Assembly: GCA_022600805.1 (NCBI GenBank)
Contig: JAHZJR010000030.1
Span: 2,359 to 66,358, forward strand
Source of the DNA: Pseudomonadota bacterium
GTDB taxonomy: Bacteria > Pseudomonadota > Gammaproteobacteria > PS1 > Pseudothioglobaceae
Direction: 5' to 3'
Length of the DNA stretch: 64,000 nt
In this document: piece by piece, positions 1 to 9,899 of the stretch
How the letters are laid out: each line of letters starts with the position of its first letter
Position numbering within the stretch: the stretch's first letter is position 1
Position numbers and translations under genes: made by a program
Notes under the pieces: generated by a model
Databases searched by the model: none
Told to the model about the DNA's origin: nothing
The model's input: the letters and a program-made list of their open reading frames with translations, nothing else

Positions 1-2
1 AA

Positions 3-1166
3 GGTAATGTCTTAGATCCAATTGATCTAATTGATGGCATCTCTTTAGAAGATTTACTAGAGAAAAGAACCCAAGGCATGATGCAGCCAAAAATGGCTAA
101 AAAAATCAAAAAACAAACCCAGCAGGAGTTTGCTGATGGCATTCCTGCCTTTGGTACAGATGCACTTAGATTTACCTTTGCCGCCCTAGCCTCTTTTGGT
201 CGCGACATTAAATTTGATTTAAAACGTGTTGAGGGTTATCGAAACTTTTGTAACAAGCTATGGAACGCCTCTCGCTTTGTATTAATGAAACTAGAAGGTG
301 AAAGTATTGATCCAAAGGCTGATTTATCAACCGCCGATCAGTGGATTTTATCACGCCTACAAAACACCAAGAAAAACGTTGAAAAACACCTAAAAGATTA
401 TCGCCTTGATTTAATGAGTCAAGAGTTGTATGAATTTGTTTGGCATGACTACTGCGACTGGTACTTGGAATTATCAAAGCCATTACTACAAGATGAGGTC
501 ACCAAGGCTGGAACACAAGCAACACTCATTAAAGTTTTAAATGAAATAACCACCCTGCTACACCCTATTATTCCATTTATTACTGAAGAGATCTTTGAGC
601 AGTGCAACACCATTACCGGCAACGATAACACCAGCTTAATGACCCAGTCTTATCCACAAGTTGATGAAAATCTAGTTTCAACTGAATCAGAAGCTGAAAT
701 CATTTGGCTGCAAACTTTTATTTTGGGTATTCGAAAAATCCGTGGTGAAATGAACATTCCGCCTTCTAAGCCTTTATCGTGTTTTGTGCAGAATTTCAAT
801 GAATCAGATGAACTTCATCTGAACAATAATGCTAATATTTTGAGCGCACTGGCCAAAATGCAAGAGATTAACAAATTAGCGCCTAGTGAGGAAGCGCCTG
901 AATCGGCAATGGCACTTGTCGGTGAGATGAAAATTCTTATCCCTCTAGCCGGCTTAATCGATAAAGATCAAGAAATTGCACGTCTAAGCAAGGAAATTGA
1001 AAAATTAGACAAACAAAAGATGCAATTTGAAGGTAAGCTAAATAATGAAAAATTTGTCTCTGGTGCGCCAGAGGCCATTGTTAATGTTGAACGCGAAAGA
1101 TTGGCCAGTACACTAAATGCAATTGCTGATTTAAACGCACAATTAGATAAAATATCGAGCCTATAG
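3..1166 (+). CDS. valS: Valine--tRNA ligase, C-terminal part (5' end lies outside the window)
   Basis: The frame is open from position 3 (GNVLDPIDLIDGISLEDLLEKRTQGMMQP, just after the KMSKS motif). It contains GTDALRF, GYRNFCNKLWNA and DWYLE, and ends in the ValRS coiled-coil arm. Confidence 0.97.
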   Translation, partial: GNVLDPIDLIDGISLEDLLEKRTQGMMQPKMAKKIKKQTQQEFADGIPAFGTDALRFTFAALASFGRDIKFDLKRVEGYRNFCNKLWNASRFVLMKLEGESIDPKADLSTADQWILSRLQNTKKNVEKHLKDYRLDLMSQELYEFVWHDYCDWYLELSKPLLQDEVTKAGTQATLIKVLNEITTLLHPIIPFITEEIFEQCNTITGNDNTSLMTQSYPQVDENLVSTESEAEIIWLQTFILGIRKIRGEMNIPPSKPLSCFVQNFNESDELHLNNNANILSALAKMQEINKLAPSEEAPESAMALVGEMKILIPLAGLIDKDQEIARLSKEIEKLDKQKMQFEGKLNNEKFVSGAPEAIVNVERERLASTLNAIADLNAQLDKISSL

Positions 1167-1168
1167 CT

Positions 1169-1816
1169 ATGCGACTAAAACATCTGACAATCGCCCTATT
1201 GCTAACAAGTACGCTTGCTAGTGCGCAGTCATTTGTTTATATTACTGATGAAGTGGATATTCCAATGAGATCTGAAAAAACCTTTGACGATAACATTGTT
1301 CGTTCATTGCCATCAGGCTCTAAATTGTCAATTTTACAAGCAACAGAAGACGGCTGGACCCAAGTTAAATTTGAAGGCTCAACTGGTTGGATTATTTCCC
1401 GATATTTATCAAATAATCCACCTGCTAGGGCTCAATTAGAAAAATTAAGACAAAGTTACAATGCCAACAAACTACTTATTAATAAATTGTCTAATAGAAA
1501 AAATGAACTTGAAACTGAAATACAAGCCTTAAAAGTTAAAAACACCAAGTTATCTATTCAAACTAGCAAATCTATTGCCGAAAAAAAGCATATTGAAAAA
1601 GTCTATAAAGATGCCCTAAAGTTAGAGCATTCTAATGAAAAACTCATGACTGCAAACCTACAGCTAAAAACTGAAATTCAATTACTTAAAAACAACAACA
1701 CAGCTACACAAGATTCCAGCTCTAGAAACTGGTTTATTACGGGTAGTTTTGTTTTATTCTTTGGAATCTTAATTGGCTTTATCTTTCCAAACTTTGTCAA
1801 CCGCAGGAGATATTAA
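1169..1816 (+). CDS. SH3 domain-containing membrane protein (TIGR04211 / YgiM-HtrG-like)
   Basis: Signal peptide, bacterial SH3_3 (YITDEVDIPMRS...GWTQV...TGWIISRYL), coiled coil, and C-terminal TM helix (WFITGSFVLFFGILIG). Confidence 0.85.
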   Translation: MRLKHLTIALLLTSTLASAQSFVYITDEVDIPMRSEKTFDDNIVRSLPSGSKLSILQATEDGWTQVKFEGSTGWIISRYLSNNPPARAQLEKLRQSYNANKLLINKLSNRKNELETEIQALKVKNTKLSIQTSKSIAEKKHIEKVYKDALKLEHSNEKLMTANLQLKTEIQLLKNNNTATQDSSSRNWFITGSFVLFFGILIGFIFPNFVNRRRY

Positions 1817-3277
<1,461 letters not shown>

Positions 3278-3286
3278 TTGCCGTTA

Positions 3287-3467
3287 ATGCTAACTCAATA
3301 CGAGCAACTTGGCGGAGAGTTGGCGGTTAAACAGTTGGTTAATCGTTTTACGATTTAATGAATCAGCGTACAGAAACTTCTAAGCCAAGGGCAATGCATT
3401 ACTACTTATGAACTTAATAGTCTTTTTTAAAGAGGTTGCAGATCATATGCCAAACACACCCAATTGA
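3287..3467 (+). pseudogene. Eroded group II truncated haemoglobin (trHbO/GlbO-like) remnant
   Basis: Hand translation gives MLTQYEQLGGELAVKQLVNRF, a 1-nt loss in a T-run, then YDLMNQRTETSKPRAMH, a large internal deletion, then LLMNLIVFFKEVADHMPN*. These match the trHbO N-terminal YExxGGxxxVxxLVxxFYDLM...RAMH and C-terminal ADHMxN motifs. Confidence 0.75.
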
Positions 3468-3548
3468 GACTAACCATTCACCCTATCCCAATGATTAAAC
3501 AAGAATTTTTAACCACCCTAATCTCTGCCTCTAAAAGGCGCCTTTAAT

Positions 3549-4178
3549 ATGCAATTAATTGGTCAATATCATAATGCTGGCTATGAGGCGGTTGCCGATG
3601 GTGTTATGGAATTCTTCGATCGTCGACAAGATCTGCACCGTCCAGGTGTTGCCTTTGGCTCTGATGGCAAAAATACAAAACCCGCTAAGATTTCTACAGA
3701 TATCACCCTTGTAGCTCTTAATCGCTCTGATCCTGATAAATTTGCCCTAGCAGATGTGATTGTTCGAGGGGTTTCAGCTGGATTAGAACACTACCTACAA
3801 GAACGCCCTCTTTTTCGCCAAGTCTGTCCAGAACAAGAGTTATTTGTCATGCCTATATTTAACTTACAACGTTATGCACCTAGAGAAGGATTTCACCAAT
3901 GGCATTGTGACTGGACAATTCATGATGAAATCACCGAACCGGGGAATCGCGTATTAGCCTGGATACTTTATTGTGATTCTGTAGAAGAAGCAGGTACAGA
4001 ATTTCATTGGCAAAATCATCATGAAATTGCTCAAAGAGGCAAACTGGTCATTTTTCCAGCTGCCCCTTCTCACATACATCGTGGTCGAATCAACAATGAA
4101 TTAAGCAAAACTATTGCCACAGGCTGGATTAATGCAGGATCTCGTAAAGACTTTATAGAGCGTCTAAATCGCTCTTAA
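3549..4178 (+). CDS. 2OG-Fe(II) oxygenase (prolyl-4-hydroxylase-like, 2OG-FeII_Oxy_3 type)
   Basis: HxD (WHCD) and distal His plus Arg (SHIHRG...K) facial-triad pattern; FNLQRY, RVLAWILY, GTEF and GKLVIFP strands. Confidence 0.8.
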   Translation: MQLIGQYHNAGYEAVADGVMEFFDRRQDLHRPGVAFGSDGKNTKPAKISTDITLVALNRSDPDKFALADVIVRGVSAGLEHYLQERPLFRQVCPEQELFVMPIFNLQRYAPREGFHQWHCDWTIHDEITEPGNRVLAWILYCDSVEEAGTEFHWQNHHEIAQRGKLVIFPAAPSHIHRGRINNELSKTIATGWINAGSRKDFIERLNRS

Positions 4179-4266
4179 AAAATCAAAAAAAGATATTCTT
4201 GCTCTGCAAGCATCGTTACTTGCAAATTGAACGCTTAACAAGTGTTTTACTTTGATACTATTCGTC

Positions 4267-4635
4267 TCAGACTAGATAGTGCTCTAAACCAGATTTCCAG
4301 TCATTCGTAAATTCTTGTATTGATTCAATAAATTCTTGATCATGCTTTTGTTTATTGATAGTGCAATGAATACTCAAAACTTTATCAGCGTCTAGAGTGA
4401 GCGTCCAAGCAAGTGCATTAGGACAAGACGGCATAGAGAACCTAACCCCTTGGGCTAGGAGTTCACGATTAACAGTAAACTCCCCCCAGACACAATAAAC
4501 CCGACCATGATATTGTTGATCGTCTAGCACTTCGCTAATGGAGACGCATAAATTAACAGAATTGCTAATGGTTAATATCTCTTGCAACTTAACAACACTT
4601 AGTTCAACAGCTTGTATATGTTCAAAAAACTCCAT
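4267..4635 (-). CDS. Hypothetical protein (122 aa)
   Basis: Intact ORF with protein-like composition (VYCVWGEF, RFSMPSCPNALAWT). It lies 11 nt downstream of the DsrE-like remnant on the same strand. Confidence 0.7.
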   Translation of the reverse strand: MEFFEHIQAVELSVVKLQEILTISNSVNLCVSISEVLDDQQYHGRVYCVWGEFTVNRELLAQGVRFSMPSCPNALAWTLTLDADKVLSIHCTINKQKHDQEFIESIQEFTNDWKSGLEHYLV

Positions 4636-4646
4636 ACTATTTACTA

Positions 4647-4879
4647 CTAAAAAATTGGTACTAGCTTATGCCCTTGAGTTTGCCAGCCAATTAACTAAAC
4701 AAAACCATCGGCTAGCATATTCATTTCTTTAGGAATGGTGTCGCTATCAACGCCAAATACACGCGTGGCAACTGCATAAACTTCCATCCTTACACCTAAT
4801 TCAGCAAACTCTTTAATTGAGGCTTGAAAAGCCCAAAAAAAGCAACAAACAATATTGATACAGTAATTTTTTTTAACAT
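4647..4879 (-). pseudogene. Eroded secreted DsrE/COG1416-family protein
   Basis: A signal-peptide-like start MLKKITVSILFVAFFG is followed by a frameshift/deletion, then FQASIKEFAELGVRMEVYAVATRVFGVDSDTIPKEMNMLADGFV*LIGWQTQGHKLVPIF*. This resembles the DsrE-like C-terminus (GVxxEVC...SLIGxQxxGYxLVP), with one in-frame TAG. Confidence 0.7.
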
Positions 4880-5061
4880 TCTAATATTTTTCTCATTTTA
4901 TAATTATGTTTTTTTATATGACAGCAGTCTTATTTAAACTATGCCTGCATAGATGGTGTTGTAGATAAATATCAGGCCTTATTGCTGTCTAAATATAACA
5001 ACTCAATTTTAAATTATTATGATTGAATTGTTTGTAGCAGTACCGAGCATCCCTTTACTCA

Positions 5062-6333
5062 TTAAGCCTTATCTAGAGCCTGACTAACGTCAGCAATAAT
5101 ATCATCGATATGCTCTATTCCAACTGATATTCTAACCAAATCAGAACTAACACCAGCAGCAGCTAACTCCTCCTCATTAAGTTGACGGTGAGTTGTTGAC
5201 GCTGGGTGACAGGCTAATGATTTTGAGTCACCGATATTAACAAGGCGCAATATCATATCAAGTGCATCAATAAATCGACCACCTGCAGCAATACCACCAG
5301 TAATACCAAAACTTAAAATTCCAGAAGCCTTGCCTTGTGTGATTTTGTTACAATTTTCATAGTAGGGGCTATCAGGCAAAGCAGCGTAGTTAACCCACTC
5401 CACTTTCTCATGATTTTGTAAATATTTAGCAAGTTTTTCAGCATTTTCACAATGACGATCCATACGTAAACTCAATGTCTCTAATCCTTGTAAAATTTGA
5501 AAAGAATTCATTGGGGAAATAGCAGCGCCCATGTTTCTTAATGGCACAACTCGACAACGACCTATGTAAGCCGCCTCAGCAAAAGCCTCTGTGTAAACAA
5601 CACCATGATAAGAAGGATCTGGTTCGTTTAGCATGGGAAAGCGATCTTTATTTTCCACCCAGTCAAATTTTCCAGAATCTACAATAACACCACCAATCGA
5701 AGTACCATGCCCGCCAATGTACTTAGTAAGAGAGTGAACAACAATATCAGCCCCAAGATCAAAAGCTCGACATAAATATGGTGTGGCGACTGTATTATCA
5801 ACAATTAATGGCACGCCATGTTTATGCGCTATTTCAGCTAGTTTAGAAATATCGACAACATTGCCAGCCGGATTGCCTATCGATTCACAAAAAACAGCCT
5901 TGGTGTTCTTATCAATAGCTTGATCAAAGCCTTCATAGTCATCGTGCGTTATCAATCGTGCTTCAATACCTTGTCTAGGCAAGGAATGGGCAAAAAGATT
6001 ATAAGTGCCGCCGTACAACTGACTTGTGCTAACAATATTGTCACCCACCGTACAGATACTTTGTAGGGCATAGGTGATGGCAGCCATTCCAGAGGCTAAT
6101 GCCAATGCAGCAATACCGCCCTCCATTGCCGCCACACGTTGTTCTAATACATCTGTAGTAGGATTCATAATACGGGTATAAATATTACCTGAAACCTTAA
6201 GGTCAAAAAGATCCGCGCCATGCTGAGTATCATCAAAAGTATAAGATGTTGTCTGATAAATTGGTACCGCAGCAGCCTTCGTGGTCTCTTCAGGTTTATA
6301 CCCTTGGTGTAGGGCGATAGATTCTAATTTCAT
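5062..6333 (-). CDS. metY: O-acetylhomoserine aminocarboxypropyltransferase (sulfhydrylase)
   Basis: AVPIYQTTSY, YTRIMNPT, PLP-lysine motif HSLTKYIGGHG, HPASTTHRQL; GAGGAG RBS. Confidence 0.92.
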   Translation of the reverse strand: MKLESIALHQGYKPEETTKAAAVPIYQTTSYTFDDTQHGADLFDLKVSGNIYTRIMNPTTDVLEQRVAAMEGGIAALALASGMAAITYALQSICTVGDNIVSTSQLYGGTYNLFAHSLPRQGIEARLITHDDYEGFDQAIDKNTKAVFCESIGNPAGNVVDISKLAEIAHKHGVPLIVDNTVATPYLCRAFDLGADIVVHSLTKYIGGHGTSIGGVIVDSGKFDWVENKDRFPMLNEPDPSYHGVVYTEAFAEAAYIGRCRVVPLRNMGAAISPMNSFQILQGLETLSLRMDRHCENAEKLAKYLQNHEKVEWVNYAALPDSPYYENCNKITQGKASGILSFGITGGIAAGGRFIDALDMILRLVNIGDSKSLACHPASTTHRQLNEEELAAAGVSSDLVRISVGIEHIDDIIADVSQALDKA

Positions 6334-6696
6334 TACTCCTCTCTATGTTTATATTAAAATTATGACGGATATTTACTATCATAACAGCACTCACAACAGC
6401 ACTGATTAAGTTTATCTATTTTTAAATATTAAAAATCAGTTTAACTTATTTTGCTGAAAAAATGTTATAGGTATTTACCATTGTTTCATCACATAAATAT
6501 CAAACAAATTTTTAAAAAAAATCTTGAATAACTTATTCTGCATTTCCAATTATGTAGCTATGATGATTAACACACCCACCCTACTCCTAAAATATAGCTA
6601 AAACTCTTATAATGCCAAGAATGGTCTAATCAATAATTTTTACGGACGCCTTTGTGTAAGATTACCCGCATAAACAGATTCACTTTTCACTATAAT

Positions 6697-6724
6697 TTCC
6701 AACATAAATTAATTTATGTAAACT
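6697..6724. other. Candidate dif-like XerC/XerD recombination site (11-6-11)
   Basis: TTCCAACATAA ATTAAT TTATGTAAACT. The core ACATAAATTAATTTATGT is a perfect 18-bp palindrome, and the right arm equals the B. subtilis dif arm TTATGTAAACT. Confidence 0.4.
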
Positions 6725-6726
6725 TT

Positions 6727-7818
6727 ATGATACATTTTGGAAGGATATCTGAACAAAAATTCTTAACAAATTATTGGCAAAAAAAGCCGTTATTAATTAA
6801 ACAAGCACTGCCTGATTTTATTTCTCCTATTTCTCCTGATGAGTTAGCAGGATTATCACTAGAAGAGGATTTTGAATCACGCTTAATTACAGGCTCAATA
6901 GATGACGAGCAATGGACGTTAACCAATGGCCCATTTTTAGAAAATGATTTTGCTAAACTCCCTGAAAATAATTGGACTTTATTAGTTCAAGGGGTTGATC
7001 GCTTTATTTCAGAGGTTTACTACCTAATCGATCACTTTAATTTCATTCCACGTTGGCGTTTTGACGATGTCATGATCTCTTATGCTGCCAAAGGTGGCAG
7101 TGTTGGTCCACATTTTGATTATTATGATGTCTTCTTGCTACAAGGTAGTGGCAGACGTTGTTGGGAATTAAGTTCACAATTTTGCACTCTTGACAACTAC
7201 CTAAAAGATACACCTCTTAGAATCATGGATCAATTCATCCCAGAACAAATCTTCGAAGTTGAGCCTGGTGATATTCTCTATATTCCGCCTAAAATCGCAC
7301 ACCACGGCGTAAGTCTTGACGATCAGTGCACAACCCTATCATTTGGCTACCGCTCTTATAGCGTTGCAGAAATGTTTGATGATTCTGACTTGGAAGATGC
7401 TACAAATTACTATCAAGATCCCACTTGGACCAATCAAGATACGCCAGCTTTAATCACAAACTCTGCGATTAAAAAAGCCAACGAGATTGCGCCAATCAAT
7501 GCGATTAACTTTGCAAAGTTTGTCACCAAACTCGATACATTAGATCAGCAAATTTTGCAAAACATTCAATTTAACGATCAAGACGAATGCTTTAATGCTA
7601 ACTTAAATTACGAACTTTATCCAGTGTGCAAAATTGCCTACTTATTTGAAGATCAGCAGTTATTAGTTTTTATTAATGGAGAGATGTTCAACCATCAAGT
7701 AGAACAAACAAAAGATTTAATTACTTTTTGCAACACAAGAAAATTATTAAACAATCAAACAACATTTACCAAAACATTATTTGAATTAGGTTTTATTCAG
7801 CCAATGAGCGCTTTATAA
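6727..7818 (+). CDS. roxA: JmjC/cupin ribosomal protein uL16 arginine hydroxylase (RoxA/YcfD family)
   Basis: FLTNYWQKKPLLI, FIPRWRFDDVMISYA, GGSVGPHFDYYDVFLLQG, EPGDILYIPP. Start moved from TTG 6652 to ATG 6727. Confidence 0.85.
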   Translation: MIHFGRISEQKFLTNYWQKKPLLIKQALPDFISPISPDELAGLSLEEDFESRLITGSIDDEQWTLTNGPFLENDFAKLPENNWTLLVQGVDRFISEVYYLIDHFNFIPRWRFDDVMISYAAKGGSVGPHFDYYDVFLLQGSGRRCWELSSQFCTLDNYLKDTPLRIMDQFIPEQIFEVEPGDILYIPPKIAHHGVSLDDQCTTLSFGYRSYSVAEMFDDSDLEDATNYYQDPTWTNQDTPALITNSAIKKANEIAPINAINFAKFVTKLDTLDQQILQNIQFNDQDECFNANLNYELYPVCKIAYLFEDQQLLVFINGEMFNHQVEQTKDLITFCNTRKLLNNQTTFTKTLFELGFIQPMSAL

Positions 7819-8685
7819 ATGCCAATTTATCTCGTCTTTTTTTCCGTTGTTGGCATTTGGTCAACCACACCACTGGCCATCCAATGGTCAACCCTAGGAT
7901 CTAGCTTTAGTTTTAGTGTGGCCAGTAGAATGTTATTAGGCCTAATACTATGCTTAATAATTCTAGCCATCAAAAAACAAACACTACCCCTACACAAACA
8001 AGCTTTGGCTAACTATGCGTATGCAGGTGCGGGTATTTTTATCACCATGAGTTTGGTGTATTATTCAGCACTCAGTATTCCGTCAGGCTTAATTTCAGTT
8101 GTATTCGGCTTGACACCGATTATCACTGGTGTTTTTGCGCTAACACTACTAAAGGACGCCCTTTTCTCAACCAGCAAAGTCATCGGGCTTTTATTGGGAC
8201 TTTCAGGACTGTTTGTTATCTTTAAGCACTCATTTTCATTAGCAGAAACACTAACGACAGGACTTGTTAGCGTAACACTAGCAATGATATTTCAAGCGTT
8301 TATTTCGGTCAAGCTTAAACAAATAAACGCCAATATTTCTGCACTAGCAACTACAACTGGCGCGCTAGCGGTTAGTGTGCCACTATTTATTATTACCTGG
8401 TTAATACTCGACAATAACATTCCAGAAACCAGCATTCAAGCAGCTTTATCCATTGGATATTTAGCCGTCTTTGGATCGGTTATTGGTTTTATGTCTTATT
8501 ATTACTTGATTAAACATACCAGTGTACGCGTCGTTGGCATTGTGCCTTTAATAACACCTGTATTTGCTCTGCTACTTGGGTCAACCCTTAATCATGAGCA
8601 TATTACCAACACTCAATTTTTCGGCATTACGCTCGTATTAATAGGATTGCTTATCTATGAATATGGACCAAAGAAAAGTAACTAA
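7819..8685 (+). CDS. DMT/EamA-family transporter
   Basis: About 10 TM helices in two repeats; IWSTTPLAI and GSVIGFMSYYYL motifs. Confidence 0.85.
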   Translation: MPIYLVFFSVVGIWSTTPLAIQWSTLGSSFSFSVASRMLLGLILCLIILAIKKQTLPLHKQALANYAYAGAGIFITMSLVYYSALSIPSGLISVVFGLTPIITGVFALTLLKDALFSTSKVIGLLLGLSGLFVIFKHSFSLAETLTTGLVSVTLAMIFQAFISVKLKQINANISALATTTGALAVSVPLFIITWLILDNNIPETSIQAALSIGYLAVFGSVIGFMSYYYLIKHTSVRVVGIVPLITPVFALLLGSTLNHEHITNTQFFGITLVLIGLLIYEYGPKKSN

Positions 8686-9476
8686 TTTTTCAAATTGTCT
8701 AGCTTTTGTTCTATTCTAGTCAGTCTGTCTCGAAGATCACTATCTTGTTCTGATAACTCTTGATTGTTTTCTGCTTGCATTTTATCAATCACGATACCAA
8801 TCATCATATTTAAAAAAACGAACGCGTTAAAAAAGATAAATGACAAATAATATGCCCATGACCAAGGATAGATTGTCATGGTTTCATACATCACGTCTGT
8901 CCAATCTTCAAAAGTCACCACTCTAAACAATGTCAACATGGCAATAGCAATATCGCCCCAAAGCTCTTTATTAATAGACTCAAAAATAAAACTACCTACT
9001 GCTGCGTACATATAAAACAAGATAAACATCAGTAGCAACACATACCCCATTGATGGCAGTGCTTTAACCAGTGCAGACACCAATTTTCTTAACTCAGGAA
9101 TAGCACTAATTAAACGCAACACTCTAAAAATGCGTATCAAACGTGCTAGCAAGGCATATTCACTTTGGTCAATAGGAATAATGCTAACCAATACAATGAT
9201 CGTATCAAATACATTCCAACCATTGTGAAAGAATCTTTTCTTATTTTCGGTGGTGGCAAATCGAATCACAATTTCTATTAAAAAGAAAATGGTTACAGAT
9301 AAATCCATCACCTGGAGCACTGTTAAATAGGCCGGGTCAATATCGTAGGTTTTTACACCAATTAATAATGACGATAGAATAATAACGCCAATCACCATAA
9401 ACTCAAACAATTTATTATTGTGTAGTGTGATTAAAGCAGTTTTAATTGTATTTAACTTGTAATCAATTTGTGCCAT
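8682..9476 (-). CDS. Bacterial voltage-gated cation channel (BacNav / Ion_trans)
   Basis: Six TM helices, S4 RLIRIFRVLR (4 Arg at i+3), WNVFD in S3, pore TLFRVVTFEDWTDVMY, FLNMMIG S6, and a C-terminal coiled coil. Confidence 0.9.
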   Translation of the reverse strand: MAQIDYKLNTIKTALITLHNNKLFEFMVIGVIILSSLLIGVKTYDIDPAYLTVLQVMDLSVTIFFLIEIVIRFATTENKKRFFHNGWNVFDTIIVLVSIIPIDQSEYALLARLIRIFRVLRLISAIPELRKLVSALVKALPSMGYVLLLMFILFYMYAAVGSFIFESINKELWGDIAIAMLTLFRVVTFEDWTDVMYETMTIYPWSWAYYLSFIFFNAFVFLNMMIGIVIDKMQAENNQELSEQDSDLRDRLTRIEQKLDNLKN

Positions 9477-9501
9477 AACAAATAAAAAAATAGATTTAAA
9501 A

Positions 9502-9522
9502 AAACCGCCGTTTAGGCGGTTT
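9502..9522 (-). terminator. Rho-independent terminator for aceE-hopJ
   Basis: AAACCGCC-GTTTA-GGCGGTTT hairpin with a T-run after it on the minus strand. Confidence 0.8.
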
Positions 9523-9527
9523 GACTG

Positions 9528-9890
9528 TTACTTGCGATTCAGTACTGGTGAGTCAAACTTTAGCCCTTCCCAGCCATAAGTCATGAAGTTTCGAATGTTA
9601 GCATGAGAATCACTCTCAGGCGTATTAAGTACATCTTGGTAGTATTGACCAAAACAGTGCAGCGTTTCAAGCTGGCTAAGCTGATGAATGGCAGCAAAAC
9701 AAAATAACTTAGCACTTCCTTGATTTTCATCAACCGAATTGATAGTTTCGCCATTGGTAAAGCTCGCCGGGGTGTAATCATAATCATCGTCAATCAGTGC
9801 CATCAAGTCTTCAAACTTCATTCTTGCACCCGATCTTAACTCTTCTAAATACTCCTCTTGTGTCACACTCATTCTCCTCGTTTTTGTCAA
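9528..9890 (-). CDS. HopJ-family protein
   Basis: FEDLMALIDDDYDYTPASF, NQGSAKLF, FGQYYQDVL, HANIRNFMTYGWEGLKF. Likely true start is GTG 9866 (AGGAG 7 nt upstream). Confidence 0.8.
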   Translation of the reverse strand: MTKTRRMSVTQEEYLEELRSGARMKFEDLMALIDDDYDYTPASFTNGETINSVDENQGSAKLFCFAAIHQLSQLETLHCFGQYYQDVLNTPESDSHANIRNFMTYGWEGLKFDSPVLNRK

Positions 9891-9899
9891 TTTGCTCGC

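Noticed and set aside
650-658. DnaA box TTATCCACA (another at 45047-45055)
   Set aside because: Isolated, inside CDSs, with no cluster or dnaA context.
4694-4696. In-frame TAG in the DsrE-like remnant as a recoded codon
   Set aside because: The same gene also has a frameshifting deletion and has lost its Cys, so decay is the simpler explanation.
6334-6420. SAM riboswitch or MetJ boxes upstream of metY
   Set aside because: No SAM-I/II/V or SAM-SAH consensus and no AGACGTCT boxes. The likely UTR is only about 45 nt.
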